NCBI GenBank assembly: GCA_963789265.1
Contig: CAWBKB010000001.1
Coordinates: 1,728,001-1,792,000, forward strand
Direction: 5' to 3'
Length of the DNA stretch: 64,000 bases
Origin: an uncultured delta proteobacterium
GTDB taxonomy: Bacteria > Desulfobacterota > Desulfomonilia > Desulfomonilales > Desulfomonilaceae
Positions 39,236 to 49,428 of the stretch are shown here, piece by piece; positions within the stretch are counted from its first letter, which is position 1, and every line of letters starts with the position of its first letter. The notes beneath the pieces were generated by a model. That model did not search any database. It saw only the letters and a program-made list of their open reading frames with translations, and was not told where the DNA came from. A program made the position numbers and the translations under genes.

Positions 39236-41130
39236 GTGCGCCTGCGAGCGTACCTAATCAGAGAGGTGCAAGTCCTCTCCAGGTCCACGCTACAGCCTGT
39301 AGCCGCCTGCAACTGCGTCGCTGCGAGGCGGGGTGGAGAGCAGCAGGGGGCGAACGACCAGTCCGTAGGCTGACAAACCCGTTTCGGCCGGGTGTTTTCG
39401 GCGAGCCTGCTAGGGAAAGGTGAAGCCTGGACGTATCTCCTGAGGCCTGAGTCGCCGGAACGCGACAATACACGGTACAGAGGTACGAGATCTGTTGCGC
39501 TGACAAACAAAGTGGCGGAAGGAAAAGCGACAACAGAGGAACACAAGGTGGTTAGGGACGGAATGGTCAGGAAGGTTGAGTACGTGAAGCAGGGAGACCT
39601 GTACGCCGGGAAGAGGCGTACAGGAGTCAGAGCCCCCATAGTAGCGTCGAGGCGCCGTAATGGGCGCGGAGCCAAGGGGGGCAGGGAGGTGGATACGTGG
39701 GTATCAGACAAGAGGAGGAGAAACCGACTCCAGTGTGCCGCGCTGTGTGCGGAACTAAACCGGCCGGAGAGACCCGAGACCGATGGTCCTGGGTTGAACC
39801 TAGTGTCTGGACAAAACGTATGTTGACGGCCCTGGAAAACGGGGTGAAAGGCGGCAAATGGTACAGCCTGATGGACAAGGTCAGCTCTCCGACGAACCTT
39901 AAGAGCGCTTTTGCCACGGTGAAAGCGAACAAAGGGGGGCCGGGCGTCGACCATCAGACCATCGAGATGTTCGAGTCCCGACTCGAAGATAATCTTAGGC
40001 TTTTGGAAGAGAGTCTTCGGACGGGAACGTACCGGCCTCAGGCCATCAAAAGGGTTTGGATACCCAAACCCGGAACGGCGGAAAAACGACCGCTGGGCAT
40101 ACCCACGGTTCGTGACCGCGTGGTCCAGGCCGCGTTGCGCAATGTTTTGGAACCGATATTTGAAAAGGACTTTGCTGTCCACAGTTACGGGTTTCGTCCG
40201 GGCTGCGGCTGCAAGGACGCACTGCGACGAGTCGATGCCCTGCTTCGCCAGGGCCATGTCTTTGTCGTGGATGCGGATCTCAAGTCCTACTTTGATACGA
40301 TTCCCCATGATCCTCTCATGGCCCGGCTTCGGGGAAAGCTTGCCGACAAGCCTCTCTTGGACCTCGTGGAGTCGTTCCTGCGTCAACGGGTAATGGATAC
40401 GATGGAGTGCTGGACTCCCGAGACAGGTACCCCCCAAGGGGCTGTCCTGTCTCCACTGCTCTCCAACATCTATCTTGACCCCCTTGACCATCTGATGGCT
40501 GGACATGGTGTCCAGATGGTGCGGTATGCCGATGACTTTGTGATCCTGTGCCGGACGGAGGGGGAGGCGCATATTGCGCTGGCTCTTGTTCAGGACTGGA
40601 CGACCACGGCCGGTCTGAGTTTGCACCCCACCAAGACCCGGATCGTCGATGCGACCGCCCGAGGCGGATTCGATTTTCTGGGTTATCACTTTGAGCGGGG
40701 TATGCGATGGCCTCGGCCCAAGAGTCTCCGGAAACTGAAAGACACTCTCCGAGCCAAGACCAAGCGCACCAACGGTCACAGTCTTTCGGCGATCGTCTTG
40801 GATGTGAACCGAACCCTCGGGGGCTGGTTTGAGTACTTCAAACACAGTCATTACACGACCTTTGCTCCACTGGACGGCTGGATACGCATGCGTCTGCGCA
40901 GTATCTTGCGCCGCCGGCGTGGCGGCTCCGGCCGTGGCCGAGGTGTCGATCATGTCCGCTGGCCCAATGCTTTCTTCGCCGAACATGGGTTGTTCTTCCT
41001 TGCCACAGCCTATCGTTTGGCCGGTCAATCCGCCCAGCGGTGAACCACCAACCGGAGAGCCGTATGCGGGAGATCCGCTCGTACGGTTCGGAGGGGGGAG
41101 CGCCGGGTAACCGGTCGTTCCTACCCCTAT
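39236..41130 (+). mobile_element. Full-length group II intron
   Basis: 5' GTGCG; domain V GAGCCGTATGCGGGAGATCCGCTCGTACGGTTC (41057-41089); domain VI ending CCTACCCCTAT; internal RT ORF. Confidence 0.92.
39697..41043 (+). CDS. ltrA: Group II intron reverse transcriptase/maturase (no endonuclease domain)
   Basis: RPLGIPTVRDR, SYGFRPG, GTPQG, YADD, FDFLG, domain X; no HNH. Confidence 0.95.
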   Translation: MGIRQEEEKPTPVCRAVCGTKPAGETRDRWSWVEPSVWTKRMLTALENGVKGGKWYSLMDKVSSPTNLKSAFATVKANKGGPGVDHQTIEMFESRLEDNLRLLEESLRTGTYRPQAIKRVWIPKPGTAEKRPLGIPTVRDRVVQAALRNVLEPIFEKDFAVHSYGFRPGCGCKDALRRVDALLRQGHVFVVDADLKSYFDTIPHDPLMARLRGKLADKPLLDLVESFLRQRVMDTMECWTPETGTPQGAVLSPLLSNIYLDPLDHLMAGHGVQMVRYADDFVILCRTEGEAHIALALVQDWTTTAGLSLHPTKTRIVDATARGGFDFLGYHFERGMRWPRPKSLRKLKDTLRAKTKRTNGHSLSAIVLDVNRTLGGWFEYFKHSHYTTFAPLDGWIRMRLRSILRRRRGGSGRGRGVDHVRWPNAFFAEHGLFFLATAYRLAGQSAQR

Positions 41131-41165
41131 CAATTGATGCCCGCGGTCGCGGGCATGACGACATG

Positions 41166-41193
41166 TAAGGGCGGGTTTGGAACCCGCCCCTAC
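41166..41193. repeat. GTAG-type REP palindrome
   Basis: GTAAGGGCGGGTTTGGAACCCGCCCCTAC. Confidence 0.7.
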
Positions 41194-41229
41194 CGGTAAC
41201 ACGATGTCACTTGTTTAAAAGCGAATCGG

Positions 41230-41344
41230 TATCACACCGCACTGAATAAGCTATCCTATTTCTCTGCGTTCCCTGTGCATCCCGCGTCTTGCGACACGGT
41301 GATCCCGCGTTCCCCGCTGGATTGATTGCCCGGTGAACAGTTAC
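41230..41344 (+). repeat. Dispersed degenerate repeat, copy 2
   Basis: TGAATAAGCTATCCT..GCATCCCGCG..GGATTGATTGC matches 44990-45087. Confidence 0.7.
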
Positions 41345-41381
41345 GATTTTGGTTTGCCGGCAAGAGGGCCGCGTTTCTCCA

Positions 41382-42440
41382 CTATCTGAAGATGTCCAGG
41401 ACACTCTGGAGGCCCGCTCTAATTTGCGACAGCCCATCCTGGATCATCGACGTTAAGTCTAATTGCTCGCCCGTGTCCGGATAGTCACCGTCTATGACCA
41501 CCTCGACCGGTTTGTCGAGCCAGTGGTATGAACCTCTGTCGTTGTGCTTCAGTGGACCTATGCCGACCAGTTTGATCAGAGTTGACTTGAACTTGCAAGG
41601 GTCCGGCAACCTTATGCAGCCTGCCGAAATTGCCCCGTAGGCATTCGCCAGAGTTACGTGGGGCGCCGGGTCCCTCCCCGGAGTGAAGCCGTGCAAACCC
41701 AGTTCGTGATACCTCTCGCACTTGCCCTGCTCGTTACAGAGAAGTAATGGAGCGAAGAATCCACCGTATACATGCGGGATATGTTCGCCCGAAACTCCGA
41801 AAAGGACCACATCCGGGTAGCAATACACGTGATTGATGAGAAATCGCCCTTCAGGAGTGGGAGAAGAAATGTCTCCCAAACCCACGAAGGTCCTGTAGAT
41901 CTCCTCCACGGACTCATCCGGGTGAATCCCTTCGAAGGTCAGCTCGAAGTTGGATCGATCAATGTGTATTCTGAACGCAGCGAATCCGTGACGCCGAGCT
42001 TCGTCCTGGTTGTTGAGGCTCATTTCCTGCCAGTCTTTGTATAGCGGCGGGAGGCAGGGGTCATCGGGAGCTTCGAGGGGCGCGGCCGGCACTTCGGCTG
42101 CTGGAGGTGTGGCTTCCGGAAGTTCGGCTTCCGGCGGCTTGGCCGCTGGAGGTTCAACTGCTGGAGGTTTGGCTTCCGGAGGTTCGGCTTCCGGCGGCTT
42201 GACCGTTGGAGGCTCCACTGCTGCAGGCTGGGTACCGATCTCAGTCGGAGAAGGCGCGCTTGGGGCAGGTGAGGCCTCATCGGCAGGTTGTTTTTGTGTA
42301 GATGCCGCTGAATCGGGCGCTGGCACTGCGGAGTAAGTCGGAATGACCAACACGGCAACGATGAGGAGCAGCCCCAATGTGAGTGCCATTGCAAGCACAC
42401 GGGCGTTCATAGGGTTGTCTGCTCCGGCAGCCTTCTTCAT
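41382..42440 (-). CDS. L,D-transpeptidase (YkuD) family protein with Pro-rich repeat linker
   Basis: N-terminal TM, PPAVEPPAAKPPEAE repeats, TPEG, GLHG...SAGCIRL. Confidence 0.8.
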   Translation of the reverse strand: MKKAAGADNPMNARVLAMALTLGLLLIVAVLVIPTYSAVPAPDSAASTQKQPADEASPAPSAPSPTEIGTQPAAVEPPTVKPPEAEPPEAKPPAVEPPAAKPPEAELPEATPPAAEVPAAPLEAPDDPCLPPLYKDWQEMSLNNQDEARRHGFAAFRIHIDRSNFELTFEGIHPDESVEEIYRTFVGLGDISSPTPEGRFLINHVYCYPDVVLFGVSGEHIPHVYGGFFAPLLLCNEQGKCERYHELGLHGFTPGRDPAPHVTLANAYGAISAGCIRLPDPCKFKSTLIKLVGIGPLKHNDRGSYHWLDKPVEVVIDGDYPDTGEQLDLTSMIQDGLSQIRAGLQSVLDIFR

Positions 42441-42615
42441 GACGGGCTGATTGTATCCGGTCTTCCATGTCCTGTCAATGAGCGCACTAGCAGCGGGTAC
42501 CTGATGAGCCCGGCCTCAAATGATTGAAGCTAACCGCTTAGCAGACCATACCTGGGCCGAGACCAGATCAATTCTGCTGCAACCTTTCAAGTGCGCGGGG
42601 AATTGTCGGTTCCCT

Positions 42616-42754
42616 GTCATTGCGAGGAGTGAAACGACGAAGCAATCTAAACCTTAATCCAGTAATCGTCATTCCGGCGTAGGCCGGAATCCAGTCTGGA
42701 CCCCGGATCAAGTCCGGGGTGACGGTGTCATTGCTTCGCTTGGCTCGCAATGAC
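42616..42754. repeat. Nested REP cluster (GTCATTGCGAG pair enclosing GTCATTCCGG and CCCCGGATCAAGTCCGGGG palindromes)
   Basis: Outer arm identical to 32169-32201. Confidence 0.8.
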
Positions 42755-42903
42755 AATCTTTCACGGTTCGTAAGCGATTATTTGCATTCCGTCAACTTGA
42801 CCCACGGTCCTCCAACGCGAACATGGCGTTTCGCCGGAAGAGGCAACCGTCGCACTCATGGCCTCACTGACAGGCCTCCCCTTGAGTTCACAAAATTGTG
42901 AAA

Positions 42904-43485
42904 TCACGCTGATCCAAAGTCAAAGCGAAATAGTTGTATATATTCTGCGCCGGACGGCTTCAAAATACTCTGAAAGAGTACCACATGGTCTGCTACAAAA
43001 GACGGGCCGGCAATATTCATTTTATGGCGGATGGCTTCGATGAGATTTGAACTCCTCTCGCTGGATTTGAATCGTCCAAGAGTAAGGTGCGGGTTGAAGG
43101 GTCTCTTTTCTTTTGCAAATCCGAGAGGTTCCAGCAGGCTCTCCAGCCGATTGACGAGAGGAGGAAGGACTCCTGCGGAGTCTGATAGTCCAGCCCAAAC
43201 CACTCTAGGTCTCCTCAAATCCGGGAAGGCTCCCAATCCGAGCACCTGCAAGTGTATGGAGCCCTGTTCATTAAACAGCGGTTGAGCAGCCTCTTGAATT
43301 AGCGGCAGCAGGTCCGTACGGGTCGAACCCAGGAACTTGAGGGTCAGATGGATACCCTCGGGTCGTACCCACATCACTGGACCGCGGCATTTTTTCAGTT
43401 CGTCCGAAGTGCTTTCGAGGAATGATTTTACAGTATCAGGCAATTCGATGGCGATAAAGACTCTGACTTCGTCACTGTTTGTCAT
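42904..43485 (-). CDS. thpR: RNA 2',3'-cyclic phosphodiesterase (2H family)
   Basis: RVFIAI, two HLTL motifs, GAFP..RPRVVWAG. Confidence 0.93.
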   Translation of the reverse strand: MTNSDEVRVFIAIELPDTVKSFLESTSDELKKCRGPVMWVRPEGIHLTLKFLGSTRTDLLPLIQEAAQPLFNEQGSIHLQVLGLGAFPDLRRPRVVWAGLSDSAGVLPPLVNRLESLLEPLGFAKEKRPFNPHLTLGRFKSSERSSNLIEAIRHKMNIAGPSFVADHVVLFQSILKPSGAEYIQLFRFDFGSA

Positions 43486-43589
43486 AAGTTACCCCCTCTC
43501 GGTGCCGAAGATCGCGGCTCACGGTTCCGACAATCCGACAGCTCAGCGGCTATTCACTTTAAAGAGACAAAACAGTGCCGCGGGTAGTT

Positions 43590-44405
43590 TCAAAGCAGAG
43601 CCCCGGCACCATACTTTACAGGGGCTTGCGCGTAACTTTTTTGCGCTTGCGGCAGATACTCTCTGAGCTTGCGGAGCCGATCTTCATCGGAAGGATGCGT
43701 AGAGAGCCATATCGGTATTGGAGGTTTCTTGATCTTGGACATCCTCGTCCATAGCCTCACCGCCTCAGCCGGGTCGTAGCCGGCAGCAGCCATGTATATC
43801 TGTCCTATGCGATCTGCTTCGAATTCCTGGACGCGGCTGTACGGCAACAAAATACCGAGCGTTCCGCCCATTCCTAATGCTCCCAGAATTACTCGAGATT
43901 TAGTGTCAAGGCTTCCATCGTCCTTTTTCAAGATCGCGCCTCCGGTCGCAATCGCGCCTTTCAGCGCCAATTGTTGACTCAATCGCTCCCCGCTGTGCCG
44001 GGCAACGGCGTGTCCGGTCTCATGAGCGATGACCGCGGCCAGGCCCGCCTCATTTCTTGCGTAGGGAATCATGCCCGTATATACGACGATCTTCCCTCCC
44101 GGAAGACAAAAAGCGTTAGGCACATCCTTGTCGATGACTCGCACTTCCCAATCGAACTTAGGCTTGTCAATCTTCTACGCGGCCTTGCTCACGCGGTCGG
44201 CAACTCTTCGCACGATCTGGGTGAAGCGTTGGTCTTTGCATGGGGCTTCCTTTGCAACTACCTCGTTGAACGCCTTCAAGGCCAGACTGTCGAGTTCCCG
44301 GTCAGAGAGCACGTTGAACTGATGGCGCCCCGTATGGGGCACGGTGGCACAGCCGCAGGCAATGAAGAGTAGTAGCACGCCAACGATCTTCCAGAGAAAC
44401 GCCAT
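43590..44405 (-). CDS. M48 family metallopeptidase lipoprotein interrupted by an in-frame TAG (44175-44177)
   Basis: Lipobox-like IACGC; both ORF-track pieces are in one frame (RVSKAA*KIDKPKFDWEV); NAFCLPGG, HETGH, EFEAD, STHP. Confidence 0.8.
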
Positions 44406-44512
44406 CACCGGGCGATCAAGCGTCGGCTTGCTCGATAAAACTTGATTTATCAAGTAGTTCATGTTATTTTTCTATATGATTAGATAAAGTACCCCATGCG
44501 TAGAGGTGCGCC

Positions 44513-44749
44513 TTGAAGTGTGAAAAATGCGGCTACATAAGCTTCGATCACAACGTTGTGTGTCCATCATGCAACAAGGATCTCAATGCGACGTGTCGAA
44601 AGCTTGGTGTCACTTACGATACCCCGGAGAAGACTTTCGACGAATTCTTTGCAGGGCCTTCTTCGTCCTACCGAACACTGCCCCCAACCCAAGAAGCGGA
44701 ACTCGACCTGGATTCAGAGGAAGATTTCGAGTTCACGCTCGATGATTAA
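44513..44749 (+). CDS. Small zinc-ribbon protein
   Basis: MKCEKCGYISFD..CPSC, acidic tail; RBS GAGGTG. Confidence 0.7.
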   Translation: MKCEKCGYISFDHNVVCPSCNKDLNATCRKLGVTYDTPEKTFDEFFAGPSSSYRTLPPTQEAELDLDSEEDFEFTLDD

Positions 44750-44862
44750 TTACTGGCATACTGGAAACGTTAAGACCAGTCATGACCGATAACATCACTC
44801 CTATTGTGATTCAGCCCAGAAAACCTGCCGAGGTCCAGCCATAATCTTCAATCTTAACAGGT

Positions 44863-45087
44863 TTACCGCAGAGAACGCGGAGACCGCTGAGAATTCTGTT
44901 TTCCCACGCCTCTAACCGTTGGAGCACTGAAAGTCTCGGTCCGCGACAGTGAGGGCAATTCCGGCCCGACTGGAGGCATGGATGTCTCACGTGGCATTGA
45001 ATAGGCTATCCTTGTTCCACTGCGTTCTCGGCGCATCCCGCGCCTCGCGAGACGGTTATCCCGCTCGGAACGCGGGATTGATTGCAG
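44863..45087 (+). repeat. Dispersed degenerate repeat, copy 3
   Basis: Colinear with 38074-38260 and 41230-41344. Confidence 0.7.
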
Positions 45088-45148
45088 CGTTACCTTCAAC
45101 CATGGTGGCGATCCTTGGATCGACGCAGGCCGACTCGCGGGCGTCCGA

Positions 45149-45550
45149 CTAATCGACTCTCTCTTCAATGGGCCAATCACCTTTTTCCTGCAGGACTTCC
45201 TTCAGGACCTTCAGAGCGCTATTCACTACCGGCATGCCGCCGTAAATTCCGCACTGAAAAATTACTTCCGCGACGTCCCGTGGATTGCATCCAACGTTTA
45301 ATGCCGCGTAGATGTGGAGTTTAAGCTCATCGGGCCTTTCCAGGACCGTCAAAGCGGCTACGGCCACGAGCTGGCGCGTGGTGTGTGGTATCTTCTCTCG
45401 AGCGTACATTTGCCCGGTTATGAATAGCGAAAGGTCTCTTGCGAGTCTTTTGTCAAAGGAGCGCCACAAGTCAAACGGTCTTTCATCCGGGAACCCTTCG
45501 AAGTAGATCTTTGCCGTCTTGGCGGTCCTAGTTTTGAGATCGTCATCCAT
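45149..45550 (-). CDS. Carboxymuconolactone decarboxylase (AhpD-like) family protein
   Basis: RQLVAVAAL..ELKLHIYAALNVG..EVIFQ..YGGMP. Confidence 0.88.
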   Translation of the reverse strand: MDDDLKTRTAKTAKIYFEGFPDERPFDLWRSFDKRLARDLSLFITGQMYAREKIPHTTRQLVAVAALTVLERPDELKLHIYAALNVGCNPRDVAEVIFQCGIYGGMPVVNSALKVLKEVLQEKGDWPIEERVD

Positions 45551-45717
45551 TGATCACCTCTTGATTCTAAGTTGGAATCGGCGCGGCGAGTCTCTGGTAT
45601 GATACACGCGATTACCCATGAATTCCACTCGACCGGCACCAACCGGCGACACCGGTGGCGACTTCCGGTGGGCTGCCTTCAGTTGTACCCATTCAGTCTG
45701 GTGGGGCACGGTTTCCG

Positions 45718-45925
45718 AAAGCGTCTCAAAACTATTCAGATGACCAGAATCGTGCCACGATAGAGGCTCATTCGTATAGTCGTCGCCCCTCACCCCAACC
45801 CTCTCCCAGAGAGAGAGGGAGCAGATCCAGGGCCGTTTTGCACTTCCCTCGCCCTCTGGGAGAGGGACACAGGGTGAGGGATTCGTGCTACGATTCCGAC
45901 CGTTTCATTGTTTTTGAGACAGTTT
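45718..45925. mobile_element. MITE, inverted homologue of 35575-35780
   Basis: GTCTCAAAA...TTTTGAGACAGTTT ends; same internal palindromes and AATCGTGCCACGAT. Confidence 0.8.
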
Positions 45926-46172
45926 CTTCCAGCCAGCCCCACAAGATCGAATGCTTGCCTTCGGTTCAATTTTTTCATTGCAAAAATTTCTTCGGAGTGA
46001 AAAAATATAGACAAAGTACGTCGTAATCGGTTATACGGACAGGATTAACCGCTAAGTCGGAGGGGAGAATTTTTCAGGCTTTTTGTCCAGCGATCGCTGG
46101 AAGCAAACGTTCTAAACTACAACAAACTCTATTCCCTGGCTCTCTCTCAGCAGCCAAGAAGGAGCGAAACTT

Positions 46173-48033
46173 ATGGCAAACCTTCTCGTTGATGAGCGCG
46201 ATGCTAAGTTCGTGCTTTATGAACAGCTCAACATCGAAGAACTGTGCCAATCGGAAAGATATGCGGAGTTTTCCCGAGAGATGTTCGACATGGTCCTCGA
46301 TGCGGCCCAAAAACTGGCCGAAAAGGAGCTTTTCCCAACCAATCGCGATGGCGACACCCAGGGTGTTGTCCTCGAAAATGGACAAGTTAAAGTCCCTGAA
46401 TCCTTCCACGCCGCTTACGGCCACTACTGCGAAGGCGGTTGGGCCGCGCTCCCCATCGACCAGGACAAGGGAGGGCAAGGCTTCCCGCATGTCCTGTATT
46501 GCGCCGTCACAGAGCTTTTTGTTGCCGCAAATCAGGCCCTTATGATGTACCCAGGCCTTACGATCGGTGCTGCGCGCCTCCTGGAAAAGTATGGTACCGA
46601 AGATCAGCAACGAACGTACATGGATAAAATGTACACCGGCGAATGGGCCGGCACCATGTGTTTGACGGAACCGCAGGCAGGCAGCGACGTCGGAGCGCTA
46701 CGGACCAAGGCCGTGAAGAGGCAAGACGGGAGCTATTCCATAACCGGCAGCAAGATATTCATTTCAGCCGGGGACCACGATCTTACCGAAAATATCATTC
46801 ACATGGTGTTGGCTCGGATAGAAGGAGCGCCCCCGGGAACCAAAGGGATCAGCATATTCGTGGTTCCCAAGAAGAGAATCGAAAACGGGGGGTTCGCGGA
46901 CAACGACGTGACGACAGCGGCAGCGGAAAAAAAGCTGGGTATTCATGCATCCGCGACCTGTGCGCTCAACTTCGGTGAACAGGACAACTGCATCGGGTAC
47001 CTGCTCGGGGAAGAGAACCAGGGCATGAAGATCATGTTCAACATGATGAATGAGGCCCGGCTGGCTGTTGGATTTCAAGGATTGGCCCAAGCCTCGGCCG
47101 CTTATCTGCATGCCTTGAAGTATGCCAAGGAGCGCTATCAGGGGCCTGAGATCAGTTCCATGCGGGACCCCAACTCACCTAAAGTCCCCATCTTCCAGCA
47201 TCCCGACGTGCGGCGCATGTTGATGTGGATGAAGAGCGTTACAGAGGGCATCCGGGCATTGCTCTATTACGCGGGCTATTGTGCGGATAGGCTTGTTACT
47301 GCGAAGAGTCAAGAAGAAGCTGACAGGTACCAGGGATTCCTGGACATATTGATCCCTGTTTGCAAAGCCTGGAGCTCGGATATGGGCTTCCGGGTAACTG
47401 AGCTGGCCGTCCAGATATACGGCGGCTACGGATATTGCAAAGAGTATCCGGTTGAGCAATTCCTGCGTGATGCAAAGATAGCATCTATTTATGAGGGAAC
47501 AAACGGCATTCAGGCCCTGGACCTTGTGGGCCGGAAACTCGGATACCGCCAAGGGGCCTTGTTCAACGGAATTGTTAAGGAGACCAGCGATCTTATCAAG
47601 CTCGCCCAGAAGAACTACCGCCTCAAGGACATTGTTGAACCTTTTGACGCTGCACAAAAGCAGTTGATAGAAGTCACACGTTATTTCGGCCTCAAGAGTA
47701 TTACAGAGGATTTCATGACGCCGATACTGGACGCTGACCCCGTACCTGGAGCTTTTCGGCGACGTGGCAGTCGGGTTCATGCTCCTATGGCAGGCGGTAA
47801 TCGCTGATCGTCGCCTGGAAGAGCTCTATAGCGACGCAAAGGCGGATACGTCTGAGAAGAAAGCGGAACTTTGCAAGGCTAACAGAAGCGCCGCGTTTTA
47901 CCGAGGCAAGATAGCTTCGGCGCAGTTTTTCTCCAACACCATCCTTTCTCTGGCTAAGGGGAAGGCCCGTGCGATCATGAGCGGCGATCGCTCGGCAATT
48001 GACCTCCCGGAAGAATCGTTCGCTCTATTCTAA
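46173..48033 (+). CDS. Acyl-CoA dehydrogenase (frameshift near 47737)
   Basis: MCLTEPQAGSD, KIFISAG, IYEGTNGIQ; C-terminal domain continues in another frame (TPYLELFGD...). Confidence 0.9.
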
Positions 48034-48053
48034 TCTCGATCGGAGTCTCGATT

Positions 48054-49298
48054 ATGAAAGCAAGAAAAGTCGTTTTGGTTGATGCAATACGGACCGCTTT
48101 CGGCAAGGCCGGAGAAAAGGGTATTTTCTGGAATACCCGAGCCGATGACATGGTTGTGAAGGTTATCCGTGAGCTTCTCAGGCGAAATCCTCTCGTGAAG
48201 CCGGAGATGATCGGTGAAAATGCCTGGGGAGTCTTTTGTCAAGAAAAAGACCAGGGATTGACGCTTGGAAGGACTTCAGTCATCCTTGCGGGCCTACCTG
48301 AAACTACCGCGGGATTCTCTATAGATCGCATGTGTGCCGGAGGAATGAGCGCCCTTACCACGGCCGCAGCCGAGATAGCGCTTGGCGCGTGCGATGTAGC
48401 CATCGCGGGAGGTGTCGAACACATGGGTCATCATCCCATGGGGGCAACGGCCGATCCTAACCCTCGATTTCTGACGGACAAGCTGGTCGATTCCAGTGCC
48501 ATGTCCATGGGGGAAACCGCGGAAAATCTCCACGATATGTTCCCTGAAATAACCAAGGAGATGGCGGATGAATACTCCTTGCTTTGCCAGCAAAAGGCGG
48601 CCCGAGCCGCCGAATCCGGAAAGATTCGGGAGATGATCGTCCCCATGACCGTGTACACCAAAAGTGGCTGGGTTGTCGCGGACAAAGACGAACAGCCGCG
48701 GCCGGAAACCACCCTGGAAGGGCTGGCCAAACTACGAACTCCCTTTCGGGTCATGGGAAATGTGACCGCCGGAAACTCATCGGGCTTAAACGACGGTGCA
48801 GCCGGAGCTCTCTTGATGGCGAAGGAAAAAGCCGAAGAACTTGGCATCGTACCTAGAATGCAACTCCAGGCGTTTGCGTATGCCGGGGTTAAGCCCGAAA
48901 TCATGGGCATAGGCCCGATTCCGGCCACCCATAAGGCTCTCAACATAGCAGGACTATCTATTGACGACATCGGGCTCGTTGAGCTGAACGAAGCTTTCGC
49001 AGTCCAGGCCGTGGCTTTCATGAAGGAATTCGGCCTACAATTCCCGGATGATCCTCGGATGAACATCTACGGCGGAGCAATTGCTTTCGGGCATCCCCTC
49101 GCCTCCTCAGGCGTCAGACTTGCCTGCCATCTGATGCACGGGTTTGCAGAAAGGCCGGACGTCGAGTATGGGCTGACAACTATGTGCGTGGGCCTGGGTC
49201 AGGGTGGAACAGTCGTATGGAAGAACCTTCAACGCAACGGCAACAAGGCGGAGAAAGAAGAGCACAAGGACAAGGAAAAGAAGAAGAAAAAGGAATAG
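48054..49298 (+). CDS. fadA: Acetyl-CoA C-acyltransferase (thiolase)
   Basis: DRMCAGG, NEAFA, GHPLASSG, MCVGLGQG. Confidence 0.93.
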   Translation: MKARKVVLVDAIRTAFGKAGEKGIFWNTRADDMVVKVIRELLRRNPLVKPEMIGENAWGVFCQEKDQGLTLGRTSVILAGLPETTAGFSIDRMCAGGMSALTTAAAEIALGACDVAIAGGVEHMGHHPMGATADPNPRFLTDKLVDSSAMSMGETAENLHDMFPEITKEMADEYSLLCQQKAARAAESGKIREMIVPMTVYTKSGWVVADKDEQPRPETTLEGLAKLRTPFRVMGNVTAGNSSGLNDGAAGALLMAKEKAEELGIVPRMQLQAFAYAGVKPEIMGIGPIPATHKALNIAGLSIDDIGLVELNEAFAVQAVAFMKEFGLQFPDDPRMNIYGGAIAFGHPLASSGVRLACHLMHGFAERPDVEYGLTTMCVGLGQGGTVVWKNLQRNGNKAEKEEHKDKEKKKKKE

Positions 49299-49428
49299 AC
49301 ATCTACTTCTCGGGATTACCGGTTGCCGAACCGAATAAGAGGGGGCGTTACGGCCTAATCCAACGGGCATTTGGAATCCATCAATTTCGCTGCTCCCTCT
49401 GGAGAGAGCTTGAACGAAAGGAACTATC

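Noticed and set aside
39697..41043. RT as part of a retron, DGR or CRISPR-RT system
   Set aside because: Clear group II intron termini and domains V and VI are present; no TR/VR pair, msr-msd, cas genes or array.
39100..41202. 700-aa minus-strand ORF
   Set aside because: Antisense shadow of the GC-rich intron RT gene; no recognisable motifs.
29280..45925. Palindromic repeats as a CRISPR array
   Set aside because: They are dispersed, degenerate and inverted, without regular repeat-spacer periodicity.
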